Shown piece after piece: positions 26,950 to 36,141 of a stretch of 64,000 nucleotides of DNA. The position numbers and the translations under genes are program-made. The stretch comes from a virus. Each line of letters opens with the position of its first letter. Position 1 is the stretch's first letter. Below the pieces are notes generated by a model. That model was given only the letters and a program-made list of their open reading frames with translations. It was not told where the DNA came from and did not search any database. The DNA lies in IMG/VR virus record IMGVR_UViG_3300023708_001015; one strand, 5' to 3'.

Positions 26950-27221
26950 TGTTCCAATACGGCTACAATGTTTTCTTGTTTGATGATAACACGTTGAGCA
27001 TCACCAATCTTAACAACTGCTGCTTTATTCCACTCAAGATAAATCACATCGCCAACTTTAACATCTGTGACTTCTGGACCAATGGCTAAAACAGTGCCAG
27101 ATTTTGATTGATCGAATCCTGCGCCTTGTAAAACAATACCAGATTCAGTAGTGTTCTCACGTTTGTTCTCTGCAACAAGAACTCTATCTTTTAACGGTGT
27201 AACGTTCATAATTATCCTCAA
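26946..27221 (-). CDS. groES: Co-chaperonin GroES
   Basis: PLKDRVLV...TTESGIVL...G.VLAIGPEV..VKVGDVI. Confidence 0.88.
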   Translation of the reverse strand: MRIIMNVTPLKDRVLVAENKRENTTESGIVLQGAGFDQSKSGTVLAIGPEVTDVKVGDVIYLEWNKAAVVKIGDAQRVIIKQENIVAVLEQ

Positions 27222-27277
27222 TTAACGCAAACCTAAAAGTTTGCTTTTACTAAATAATTACATATCTTGGAGAAAAT

Positions 27278-27673
27278 ATGCAATACTTTACTTACCTATG
27301 GTTCGATAAGAACCGAAAAATGTTCTATATTGGAATGCACGAAGGTTCCGATGAAGATGGTTATGTGTCTTCATCTAGATGGTTTAATGGCGAACAACAA
27401 TATAGACCAAATGATTTTACTCGTAAAATACTCAAAATGTTTGATAATAGAGCCTTAGCTAGAAAAGAAGAAGCTAGACTGTTAGCTATGATCAAAGATT
27501 CTGAATATGGTAAACGATACTACAATCTTAAAAATGGTCGAAAGAAGGGTACTCCAGCTTCCAACAAAGGTAAACCGATGTCAATGGAACAGCGAGAAAA
27601 ACTAAGGTTAGCTAAACTCGGTAAACCATCGGCACGTAAAGGTATACCGAATAAAATTAAAAGTGCTGACTGA
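27278..27673 (+). mobile_element. Free-standing Seg-like GIY-YIG homing endonuclease with NUMOD3-like tail
   Basis: YFTYLWFD...FYIGMH...YYNLK; NKGKPMSMEQREKL; opposite strand to neighbours; own CTAAATA (27250) and GGAG. Confidence 0.75.
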
Positions 27674-27980
27674 TTGGGTAATAAGGACAGTCAGCGAAAC
27701 CTCAGGTCAAGTCAGCTTACGCTGCAAGAGCCCAAACATTATCGTTTGCATTTACTTAGTTTGCTTGATTTACGGTCATCGCCTACCGTGCTGTCCACTT
27801 GTTTACTTGTTGCCCTGTCGAAACCATGGCATCCCCATCAAAAGTATACTAGCCGAACTCCCGAACGTCTTCAGGCTTTGTTTAACAGGTACACTCTGCA
27901 CTAATACACTTTTGGTGGAGATGGCGGGAGTCGAACCCGCGTCCAGAACACTTTTCTCTTTGCTTCATACAGCAATAACT
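27663..27980 (-). ncRNA. ssrA: Circularly permuted (two-piece) tmRNA
   Basis: Acceptor piece with T-arm and CATCTCCACCA ends at 27913; intervening hairpin 27912-27837; coding piece begins GGGGATG at 27836 (G3.U70 pair); tag ANDNVWALAA* at 27749-27717; outer ends approximate. Confidence 0.9.
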
Positions 27981-27983
27981 CTA

Positions 27984-28012
27984 ATTATACTCTACAATTT
28001 CTTGCAAGGCAA
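27984..28012 (-). promoter_or_regulatory. Sigma70-like promoter of the tmRNA
   Basis: TTGCCT-17-TATAAT. Confidence 0.75.
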
Positions 28013-28013
28013 A

Positions 28014-28688
28014 TCAGATATTGTATTTATTCTTATAGTCTAGTCGTAACTTACGGAATGGACCAATCCAGTTATCACGTTTCTCGATAAACCATCGTGG
28101 ATCGTCATTCTCAACTGCCATCAAAATTGCAAGACGACCAATAGGAATTCCAGTACGTTCTTCAAATGCAACAGCATAAGCTGCACATTGCATAAAGTAG
28201 TGGTAAATGTCTTCTCGATCTTTAGGCTTGCTTGCTGTCTTGAAGTCAATAACAGTCAGCTTACCTTGAAACTCAGCGATACAGTCAACCGTTCCAGCAA
28301 CCTGTAAGTGATCAGAGTACAGTGGAGTTTCTAAGCAGTGGATGTTATCAATCTGATCGAGTAAGAACTTGATAGAGTTGAACATCTCCAAGTCAAACAT
28401 ATCAGCTTCGAATACATTTCCACGAAGATAATCCTCACAATACTGGTGAATCCGAGTGCCACGTGCTGATGCTCGTCCAGAGATTCGATTAGCTTCTTCA
28501 GCACCAACTCTCTGTCGCCATTTGGCAATTCCTTCTGCAGTTGCTTGTCCTGTGATTGTTGTTACGCTTGGATACGAAAAACCCGATGGAGTCAGATATG
28601 TTCTTTTTCCATCGGGTCTTGTGTCACGTACTAGTTTCGCAAAATCATGATGTATAAAGTTTTTCATTAAGTCAGTAGGTGAATACAC
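28014..28688 (-). CDS. PD-(D/E)XK (Cas4/RecB-like) exonuclease
   Basis: PSVTTI...RGTRIH...E..L...AGTVD...IDFKT...Q..AYA. Confidence 0.85.
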   Translation of the reverse strand: MYSPTDLMKNFIHHDFAKLVRDTRPDGKRTYLTPSGFSYPSVTTITGQATAEGIAKWRQRVGAEEANRISGRASARGTRIHQYCEDYLRGNVFEADMFDLEMFNSIKFLLDQIDNIHCLETPLYSDHLQVAGTVDCIAEFQGKLTVIDFKTASKPKDREDIYHYFMQCAAYAVAFEERTGIPIGRLAILMAVENDDPRWFIEKRDNWIGPFRKLRLDYKNKYNI

Positions 28689-29287
28689 TCATTGTAATGT
28701 TTAATTCTGTCTTCTAGACCAATGTATCCACCATTGATTTTCTTGGTCATAGTTTTAATGTCACCGATATCTGCTTCATTATTCAGCTTGTTCTTATTCC
28801 AGAACCAAATAGCTGACATCAAAGCAAAGTCACGATCCGCTGTAACCCAGTCTGGGTTGTTTACTACGTTCTCCCAGTCTTCGAACATTTCTTTGGCAAA
28901 TGCCGTATAGTTCGCACGTCCAGTCAACTGAATTGGACCACGTCCACGGAAACGATATCCGTCTCCTGATTCTGGACCGCCATTACCCATGCGGTTAGCA
29001 TAGATTTTGTTCGCAATCATTTCTGGCTTGCGAGCGTATGGTGTAGCTTCTTCAATTGTTGGGAAATACTTTCTGAAGATGCTATTCAATCCTTGTGCAG
29101 AATAGTTTAGGTTCTCTTCAAAAACAGTCCAACCACCAGACTCATGACCACATTGAGCTAAGAAAGCAGCAACACGTTGTGGTGTATTAATATCGTAAGT
29201 TGGAAATACTTCGTTCATCGAAGCTGCCCAAGATTCTGGATCTTGAGCGCGAGGAAATAATTGCTTAAATTGTTCTGCAGTTATCAT
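28667..29287 (-). CDS. GH19 endolysin
   Basis: AAFLAQCGHES...EENLNYS...YRFRGRGPIQLTGRANY...TKKINGG.IGLEDR. Confidence 0.92.
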   Translation of the reverse strand: MITAEQFKQLFPRAQDPESWAASMNEVFPTYDINTPQRVAAFLAQCGHESGGWTVFEENLNYSAQGLNSIFRKYFPTIEEATPYARKPEMIANKIYANRMGNGGPESGDGYRFRGRGPIQLTGRANYTAFAKEMFEDWENVVNNPDWVTADRDFALMSAIWFWNKNKLNNEADIGDIKTMTKKINGGYIGLEDRIKHYNECIHLLT

Positions 29288-30057
29288 TGTTTCTTCTCAT
29301 AGAAATCCTCATATTTAAGTTTAGCCAAAATATAGTCTTTCACGAGAGAAGATCTCACGATATCGTCAACAGTAAACTCGATACGAGTAAAAGCACTCAT
29401 GTGGTGAGCAATGTCAAAGAATTTTAAAATTCCAGTAACGTCGCTTTTTCTTTTTGTCAAGTCTGTCTGGCGATAATCACCACACCACATAATTTTAGAG
29501 CGATAACCGACACGAGTCATAACGGTATCAATCTCTTCATAAGTCAAGTTCTGCATCTCGTCAACGATAATGATAGCATCATCGAATGACATACCACGAA
29601 TAAACGAGGTAGAGATAAACTGAATATGTCCCTGCTCTTCTAATCTATCCCATGCGTCTTTGCGACCGAATAAAGTCTCGCAGATTTGACGATATGGTTG
29701 CTCATAAATTTCCATCTTCTCATTAACATCACCTGGAAGATGTCCAATCTCTCGACCTTGTACTGCTGAACGCACTACAATAATCTTATCGAATGGATTT
29801 GATTTATCTAATACTTCTTCAATCGCTTTATACAAAGCACAGAAGGTCTTTCCTGTTCCTGCAACACCATGGAGTGCTACAAAATAATCACCACGTTTGT
29901 ATGAGTCAAAGAATAATTTCTGATTCTGTGTTAGAGGGTCAAACGTTTTTAAGTCATCAATCCTTAATTTTAAGTGGTTATTTATTGGTTTGTCTTTCGT
30001 CTTAGGCTCACTTTGTACATTATCTAAAGGTCTTGTTTTTGCTGCTGCACGAGCCAT
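29284..30057 (-). CDS. phoH: PhoH-like ATPase
   Basis: GVAGTGKT...RSAV...IGHLPG...FIRGMSF...IVDEMQN...GDYRQTD. Confidence 0.93.
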   Translation of the reverse strand: MARAAAKTRPLDNVQSEPKTKDKPINNHLKLRIDDLKTFDPLTQNQKLFFDSYKRGDYFVALHGVAGTGKTFCALYKAIEEVLDKSNPFDKIIVVRSAVQGREIGHLPGDVNEKMEIYEQPYRQICETLFGRKDAWDRLEEQGHIQFISTSFIRGMSFDDAIIIVDEMQNLTYEEIDTVMTRVGYRSKIMWCGDYRQTDLTKRKSDVTGILKFFDIAHHMSAFTRIEFTVDDIVRSSLVKDYILAKLKYEDFYEKKQ

Positions 30058-30066
30058 CAGGTTTCC

Positions 30067-30168
30067 TTATTTCGGTTTTCGTTTTTTAATAATATGACGA
30101 CCGATAGTAACCCCACGACGTTTCGTTGGAGCAGTAGTAGGTTTTGGTTTCTTCGGTTTAGTTGCCAT
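30067..30168 (-). CDS. Very basic 33-aa peptide (absent from the ORF track)
   Basis: Manual translation MATKPKKPKPTTAPTKRRGVTIGRHIIKKRKPK. Confidence 0.5.
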   Translation of the reverse strand: MATKPKKPKPTTAPTKRRGVTIGRHIIKKRKPK

Positions 30169-30170
30169 AA

Positions 30171-30419
30171 TTATAATTGAGATGATGATTTTTCTAATTG
30201 ACTTCCAGGTGTTTTCTCATGGATTCTTTGTAAGACCTCCTTGAACCCACTATCGAATTTCCTTGTTGATGAAAGTTTGGTTGGGTCACCAAACGCTACA
30301 GCTTGGATAACAGTTTCCAACTGTGGATTCTCTGCTCTGAACGTATCAAGTTCAGAGATCTTCATAATCTTCTCAAATTGTTCGCCTGTTTCTTTATTGC
30401 GAAATACATATGTTGGCAT
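30171..30419 (-). CDS. FmdB-like small regulatory protein
   Basis: MPTYVFRNKETGEQFEKIMKISE...GFKEVLQRI. Confidence 0.7.
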   Translation of the reverse strand: MPTYVFRNKETGEQFEKIMKISELDTFRAENPQLETVIQAVAFGDPTKLSSTRKFDSGFKEVLQRIHEKTPGSQLEKSSSQL

Positions 30420-30438
30420 AAAGTCTCCTCGTTTTTAT

Positions 30439-30972
30439 TTAGCGGATCCACGAGGGCGTTTCACGTTTTTTCCAAGAAAACATTCTTTTCTTGTCGCCAT
30501 TGTAGTAATTGTGATATGACTGAATAGAGTCTCCAGCAACCTTATATTCATCTGGCATGGCTGGAGTTGGCTCAGTGAAAGCACCAACAGGAATTTTCTT
30601 GGGTGTAGATGAAAGGACTTCTACTAGTCTTTCGGTTGCGTGAACACGTTGATAACGATGGGTGTATTCAGCACACAACTCTCTGAAGAGGTTCCAGAGG
30701 TAGATGTAGTTTTCGGTTGACTGTCTGGTCCAAATAGCACTAGGATGATTGTTATGAGTAGCAGAATAAAGTACGTTATCGCGACTGTCTGGTAAAGTCC
30801 AGGTCTTTTTCTTTCGTCCAGAAACAGACAAACCAACAGACTCAGTGCCATCAAGGATACGGTGAGCAGTAGACAAGAGTTGAGCATATTCGAGGATCAT
30901 TTTGACGCAGTGCTTATCAACGTGTTGTTGAGCGCAGATGCGAGGGTCATTGTGTAGATAAAAGATGTTCAT
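30439..30972 (-). CDS. Pyrimidine-dimer DNA glycosylase (DenV-like) family protein
   Basis: MNIFYL..DP..CAQQHVDKHCVKMILEYAQLLSTAH...THNNHPSAIW...EYTHRY...PAMPDEY. Confidence 0.7.
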   Translation of the reverse strand: MNIFYLHNDPRICAQQHVDKHCVKMILEYAQLLSTAHRILDGTESVGLSVSGRKKKTWTLPDSRDNVLYSATHNNHPSAIWTRQSTENYIYLWNLFRELCAEYTHRYQRVHATERLVEVLSSTPKKIPVGAFTEPTPAMPDEYKVAGDSIQSYHNYYNGDKKRMFSWKKRETPSWIR

Positions 30973-30978
30973 AGTATA

Positions 30979-31007
30979 ATTATACTACAACTCTGCAAAA
31001 AAGTCAA
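30979..31007 (-). promoter_or_regulatory. Sigma70-like promoter
   Basis: TTGACT-17-TATAAT. Confidence 0.7.
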
Positions 31008-31294
31008 GGGGTTGTACCTAAGTCTGTTACAGGTGGAATCCAGATGACACTATTTTTCAATTTAACACGAGGTACATCTACCCATCCTATACGCAGAATA
31101 GGTACTCCATATTCATCATGTTCGTGAATTTGAACTTGCAGACCAACACGTTCAACATTATTATTATCGTCTAAATGTTCTGCAACACGAAATTCATAAG
31201 ACAAAGGTTTAACAAACTGCACAGGCATTGCAGGTGGAACTGCAGGAGTTGGGGGTGTTACAAAAATTTGTTTAGTGTTTAAAGATAATTGCAT
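31004..31294 (-). CDS. Hypothetical protein
   Basis: Co-oriented ORF. Confidence 0.55.
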   Translation of the reverse strand: MQLSLNTKQIFVTPPTPAVPPAMPVQFVKPLSYEFRVAEHLDDNNNVERVGLQVQIHEHDEYGVPILRIGWVDVPRVKLKNSVIWIPPVTDLGTTP

Positions 31295-31581
31295 TATAAA
31301 ACCATTCTCAATAATCCGATTGTGTCAATACTTGTTAGCAAGATGTAGTTAGCCAACATCCCAAATGATTTCCTAGTGTAAGCAGCCCAAGCATAAAGAG
31401 CACAGCCACTAATCCAGATAGGATATAGTACAAGAAGAGGAGGATTGGGGACTGTGACTGCCATCGTGATACTGCAGCCAATGCTAATAGCCCAAGCAAG
31501 CAACTCAATAATAAATCGAACAGGGTGGCTTTTATAATCATCTTTGATCCAAGCTAAAGTGTTTATGAAAATATCGTTCAT
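31294..31581 (-). CDS. Hypothetical multi-TM membrane protein
   Basis: Three hydrophobic segments. Confidence 0.65.
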   Translation of the reverse strand: MNDIFINTLAWIKDDYKSHPVRFIIELLAWAISIGCSITMAVTVPNPPLLVLYPIWISGCALYAWAAYTRKSFGMLANYILLTSIDTIGLLRMVL

Positions 31582-32081
31582 GAGTGTTTACGCAATACTT
31601 CTAACGTAAGAATTTGCTTCAATATAGAGTTTAATTGATCGATGGTATCTTTAGCATTCGTATGAAGAATACCATAACCACCAGCTTCTTTAAAAGGAGT
31701 AATACAACCAATTGAATCGTCAATAAGAATAGAAGTTGGAGTGGCGTATTGAGCCTTTTCTTCTTTACTGCGAACGAAATTTGCTTTGTATGGGATGTTT
31801 TTAGCGTTGAGCCACTTCAATTTTTGCATTTTAGCAGCATCACCTTGAAATGGGTCATGTGTGCCCATTGATGTTAGAATCTCAATGTTGATTCCTTGCA
31901 GTTTTGACACGTGATTCAACAATTCTTGAGTGTCTGGCATAAAATCCAGCTTCTCAAAGATGTGATGATCCAGAACAGAGGCTCGAAATTTCTTTCGATC
32001 ATCACGATTCGGGTCAAATTTGTCATATTCCTTGTGAAAATCGGCAAGGACACCGTCCATATCAAGATAAAGTGTAATCAT
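31578..32081 (-). CDS. HAD-family 5'(3')-deoxyribonucleotidase-like protein
   Basis: YLDMDGVLADF...ILTS...K...ILIDD. Confidence 0.82.
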   Translation of the reverse strand: MITLYLDMDGVLADFHKEYDKFDPNRDDRKKFRASVLDHHIFEKLDFMPDTQELLNHVSKLQGINIEILTSMGTHDPFQGDAAKMQKLKWLNAKNIPYKANFVRSKEEKAQYATPTSILIDDSIGCITPFKEAGGYGILHTNAKDTIDQLNSILKQILTLEVLRKHS

Positions 32082-32117
32082 AATGTTATTTTACTTCAAA
32101 TTTCACAAAAATTCAAC

Positions 32118-32510
32118 TTATTTCACGAATTTTGTAAAATCTGGTGGTTTCCAACCTTCTGGTTTCAGAATTTTACCGTCTTCACGACGACGAACAAGCC
32201 CAGTAACAGGGTCAATCTTGGATAAATTGGATTTTGCACCTTCGTCCCAGATATTTTCACAATCCCAACCACGTGATTTCATATATCCGATGATAACCCA
32301 CATCATATCGAAGCAAGCATCAATTTCTTCAACAGTATCATCAGTGTAGAAGGCTTCTAAGAACTCATGATACTCTTCATCGATGAGTTTTTTGTATAAT
32401 TTTGATTGATCAGTCTCACCGATAGGTTTTACTGGCACTTGTTGGCCAACTGCAGAGAGAAATACTGATACGTCTGTGAATGTTTTGCTCATAATTTTAA
32501 TCCTGTTCAA
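32118..32510 (-). CDS. MazG/PRA-PH-like NTP pyrophosphohydrolase
   Basis: LIDEEYHEF...EEIDACFD...SNLSK...REDGKILKP. Confidence 0.82.
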   Translation of the reverse strand: MNRIKIMSKTFTDVSVFLSAVGQQVPVKPIGETDQSKLYKKLIDEEYHEFLEAFYTDDTVEEIDACFDMMWVIIGYMKSRGWDCENIWDEGAKSNLSKIDPVTGLVRRREDGKILKPEGWKPPDFTKFVK

Positions 32511-32640
32511 TTAGTCGCCATCGCAACTCTTTGTTTTCTTGCCTTAGGTTTTCGTTTTCGTGTTCTAGTCGGTTAATACGAATCATCAAAGCAAGAACGG
32601 CTTCTTCGATGTCGTCGAGTTTTAACTCAAGTTGTTTCAT
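32497..32640 (-). CDS. Small coiled-coil protein (47 aa; absent from the ORF track)
   Basis: Manual translation MKQLELKLDDIEEAVLALMIRINRLEHENENLRQENKELRWRLIEQD. Confidence 0.55.
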   Translation of the reverse strand: MKQLELKLDDIEEAVLALMIRINRLEHENENLRQENKELRWRLIEQD

Positions 32641-32674
32641 AGTGGCTTCCAAGTGAATGATACTTTCTTATCTA

Positions 32675-33007
32675 TCATTCATATGGTAACTCTAAGAAGT
32701 CTGTGTCTTCCTCAAGAATCTGAATAAGAGCACCCTCATCTGCAGCGCGTTTAATCATACCATCGAGAATACCCCAAGTATAACCAGTGGCTCCATAAGA
32801 ACGCTCACGGCATTCATATACAGAACCAGAACTACCCTCGAAATGATATACACCATCAACGAGAGTAGCCTTAGTAATACCTGAGTTTAATTTCCATGAG
32901 TCGCCATTGAGATATCCACCACCCCAAGAACCAAAAACACGATAGTGAGTTTTAGCATTATTGGTAATAGATACAACCATCCAACGATCTGGATTATATG
33001 TACTCAT
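32675..33007 (-). CDS. Hypothetical protein
   Basis: YNPDRW.VV...YRVFGSW.GGYL.GDSWKLNSGI. Confidence 0.65.
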   Translation of the reverse strand: MSTYNPDRWMVVSITNNAKTHYRVFGSWGGGYLNGDSWKLNSGITKATLVDGVYHFEGSSGSVYECRERSYGATGYTWGILDGMIKRAADEGALIQILEEDTDFLELPYE

Positions 33008-33195
33008 TTTCCAAGTACCCAGTTCTCTGCATAATCTTCAGCGTCATCAATCACATCAAATGTTGCAGTAAAATAAGTACCAGCTTCATTTCGAATAGAG
33101 ACTTTATATTCTTTAGTCTCCAAGTCTTTATAAACGCTGGCGCTACGATTGTTTTCTTCTCCGATATACTCAGAGACTAGTTTGATTGCACTCAT
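33004..33195 (-). CDS. Hypothetical protein
   Basis: ATGA-coupled ORF. Confidence 0.6.
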   Translation of the reverse strand: MSAIKLVSEYIGEENNRSASVYKDLETKEYKVSIRNEAGTYFTATFDVIDDAEDYAENWVLGK

Positions 33196-34124
33196 ACTTC
33201 TACTACTTTCAATTTAAAGTTATCAGCGATCTCTTCGTGTCCGATGTATCCACGAGGATTACACACGATACGAGTATCACCAATCATATAATCAAATGCT
33301 TCATGGGTGTGGCCATGAGTCCACAACTTGATAGCTGGACGATCCAAGATAAACTCAGACAAGTCGCTATGGTATCCACCATTCATTACTTGGTCATCCT
33401 TATAGCGAGGATGGCAAGACGTATGAGATGGAGTGTGATGACCAACGACCACAACAGACTTCCAAGGTGGAGTCTCAGAAACCATAAAGCTGATGTAATC
33501 CAAACACTTCTTGTGTTCTTCAACTGCATCTTCTGGACAGAAGGTTGCAGTGCGAGTTTTGAACACAGTTTTTAGTCTCTGTTCTGCAGGTAAGGCTTGG
33601 AATTCTTCGTCAGTCATTCCAACTGGTTTGTCTTTGAGAACTTCTGTACGATAGCTGACTTCACGATTGCTGTTTTCCACGCAACGGAAATCATTCATCA
33701 TACGCTTCATCGCATGCAACGTGAGTGGGTCTTCTTTGTTCATATCAGTCCACAGAGTAGAACCGATGAAACGAACATCGCCAAGATCAAACACTTCACG
33801 ATCCAAGATGTGAAGATTAGTGTGATGCGCCAGCTTACGCTTCAATTCATTTAGAGTGAATTTAAAGTCGCCATGATAATGTTCGTGATTACCTGCAACG
33901 TAGACTACGTGAGGGAACTGGAAACAAACACGATTGAAAAAGTCATGGAAACGTTGAGAACGTGCGCGCGCAAAACCCATCTCTTCTTGACGACGATCGT
34001 ACATATCCAAATCACGTTCGACAAGGATATCCCCAGACAAGATGAGTACATCCACGTTGTCTTCGTTCTTGATGTTAAGGTCACCAAACTCTAGATGTAG
34101 GTCTGAACACACACCGATTTTCAT
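33192..34124 (-). CDS. Calcineurin-like metallophosphoesterase
   Basis: SDLHLE...LSGD...AGNHEHY...GHH...HGHTH. Confidence 0.9.
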   Translation of the reverse strand: MKIGVCSDLHLEFGDLNIKNEDNVDVLILSGDILVERDLDMYDRRQEEMGFARARSQRFHDFFNRVCFQFPHVVYVAGNHEHYHGDFKFTLNELKRKLAHHTNLHILDREVFDLGDVRFIGSTLWTDMNKEDPLTLHAMKRMMNDFRCVENSNREVSYRTEVLKDKPVGMTDEEFQALPAEQRLKTVFKTRTATFCPEDAVEEHKKCLDYISFMVSETPPWKSVVVVGHHTPSHTSCHPRYKDDQVMNGGYHSDLSEFILDRPAIKLWTHGHTHEAFDYMIGDTRIVCNPRGYIGHEEIADNFKLKVVEV

Positions 34125-34519
34125 TCTGTTTCTTTCCTGTTGTAATAGTCGAACATGCGCACATAGTACGCAAATTGTCGAGGATGATGTTCGAAGTTTG
34201 GCAGTTCACCAAAGTATTCTTCCATAGCCTCATACTTGGCCAATGCTTCTTCGTCAGTCATATGTATATTTTAGTCTAAAAGAAGAATAAAGGCAAGTAT
34301 TAATGCCAGACCTGGATTGCCTGTGGCTACAAGAGCCAATGCAACTACCCAGCCCATAAAGTTAGCTTCACTCACACAGTATCTCCACAGCTTCGATCAA
34401 CAGTTCTAGTAATTCGGAATTGGACAATTCATCCAACTCGTTAGGAGAGATATCCAACTCCACCATTAGATCTGGATACTCTCGCATCAATTCACTGATA
34501 CGTTCAATTACTAAATTTC

Positions 34520-35083
34520 TCATCGAATTAGACTCCGCGCAACAACTAGATCTTTACCTTTCATCCAGACACATTCGTCGAGGATGACACCATTTCGTAC
34601 AGTACCTTCTTGCAGCAAATGGAACAACGACTGCACTGTAATCTCGAACTCTACACCACGAGGATCCAAAACCTTGAACAGCTTATTACCACGATAGCGA
34701 TTCACTGTATCAATAATCTTGAAACCTTCCACTGGAACGTTATCCCAAATCTTGGGTGCATACAACTTATCGATGGGACGATCGTAGTTTACAACAGTGT
34801 AGGGATGACCATTGGCATTAGGTGTGTTTGGAGTATATTTCCACTCAGAACCCTTCTCCCATGGCTCACCATTCTTCTCATAGTACCCATCATAAGCCCA
34901 ACTATGCTGAGTGCTCTTACGCTTGGCATCCGTAGCCTTGTTAGGCTCATGTGGATGGAGGAAACCGAAATTATGCTCGATCTCGTTTTTGATCGCCCAA
35001 TTTCCAGGTACAGGATATTCGTTTTCAACCCTCTTCTGAGAAACCACGTAAATTTGATCAGGAACTTTTTTAGACATCGACAT
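34520..35083 (-). CDS. Hypothetical protein
   Basis: Long ORF; start trimmed to the ATG after a GGAG. Confidence 0.6.
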   Translation of the reverse strand: MSMSKKVPDQIYVVSQKRVENEYPVPGNWAIKNEIEHNFGFLHPHEPNKATDAKRKSTQHSWAYDGYYEKNGEPWEKGSEWKYTPNTPNANGHPYTVVNYDRPIDKLYAPKIWDNVPVEGFKIIDTVNRYRGNKLFKVLDPRGVEFEITVQSLFHLLQEGTVRNGVILDECVWMKGKDLVVARSLIR

Positions 35084-35715
35084 CTCCAATACAACCGCAA
35101 AAGGGTAGACCCCACACAACTGCAAGACCAATCCAACAATCTGGACTTACAGAACCATTATCAAGATAGACTCCAACAAGAGAGCCCACGAACATACCCA
35201 GAACTCCGATGAAGAGCCAGAATAATACAGTCATCCCATCGTTACTCATTACTCATCCTCTGGATACTCATAGTACCCTACAACATTACCAATATCTGCC
35301 ACTAGGTTAGGAGCCTCTTCATAGACTCGATCTTCACAACAGCACTCTTCACAGGACACTTGTTGAGTCTCAATAAAGTCTTTACAAACTTTCCAGAGAG
35401 CCATCAATTCAGCATGGGTGGGATTCATAATGTAGTTCTTTCATCAATTTTCTTACAGATCCAATAGGTCAAGAGAGCGATACCTTCCCAGTACGATCGT
35501 TCTAGTGCAACTCATATCTCTCCGAGGTAAAAAATTGGGCGAACAGGTTTGACGCCATCAAAATCAGGAATACGTTTAATTCTCTCATTTTCCAACTATC
35601 CCTTCAATTATAGCTGTGAGCATACACATAGCACCAAAGAACAACCATCCATACACAGCACCATAGATGATACCGAGACAGAAAGCCACAATAATTACTC
35701 CAATAGCCCAGTCCA

Positions 35716-35892
35716 TTATTTCTTACCTTTCAACTTTAAATATTGCTCATCATCTAGATCTCGAGCACCATCACAACCCTTGTTAATCGCCTTCGCAGTG
35801 GCTTTATTACCAAGTCGAACTAATCCACACTTACCGCAGTAGAGAAACATCCCCACTGTATGCAGCTTGCGGTTAAAGTTATGTCCTTGCAT
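35716..35892 (-). CDS. Small Cys-containing hypothetical protein
   Basis: YCGKCG motif. Confidence 0.5.
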   Translation of the reverse strand: MQGHNFNRKLHTVGMFLYCGKCGLVRLGNKATAKAINKGCDGARDLDDEQYLKLKGKK

Positions 35893-35900
35893 ATTATATC

Positions 35901-36140
35901 CTAGGGATAAAAAATTACCACAGGAGTCGAAGCCTTTATAGCTTCCCACTCATCCTCTTCCATATCCACATCATCGGCAGTCCAGTCTCGAGGATACGCT
36001 TCACGATTATTCCTATCATAGACTGCATCAAAGTCTGCACCACGGAATTCATTGAATCCATTAGCCTCAGCATCCTTCTGAAGTACAATCTCCATATCTG
36101 GACGGGAGAGCAAAATTTTAGCTAGTTCATGTGTATTCAT
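35901..36140 (-). CDS. Hypothetical protein
   Basis: Co-oriented ORF. Confidence 0.55.
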   Translation of the reverse strand: MNTHELAKILLSRPDMEIVLQKDAEANGFNEFRGADFDAVYDRNNREAYPRDWTADDVDMEEDEWEAIKASTPVVIFYP

Positions 36141-36141
36141 A

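Noticed and set aside
27913-27950. tRNA-like T-arm and CCA end suggesting a tRNA-Ala or an integration-site remnant
   Set aside because: There is no anticodon arm; the matching 5' half and a tag ORF lie downstream, so this is the acceptor piece of a permuted tmRNA
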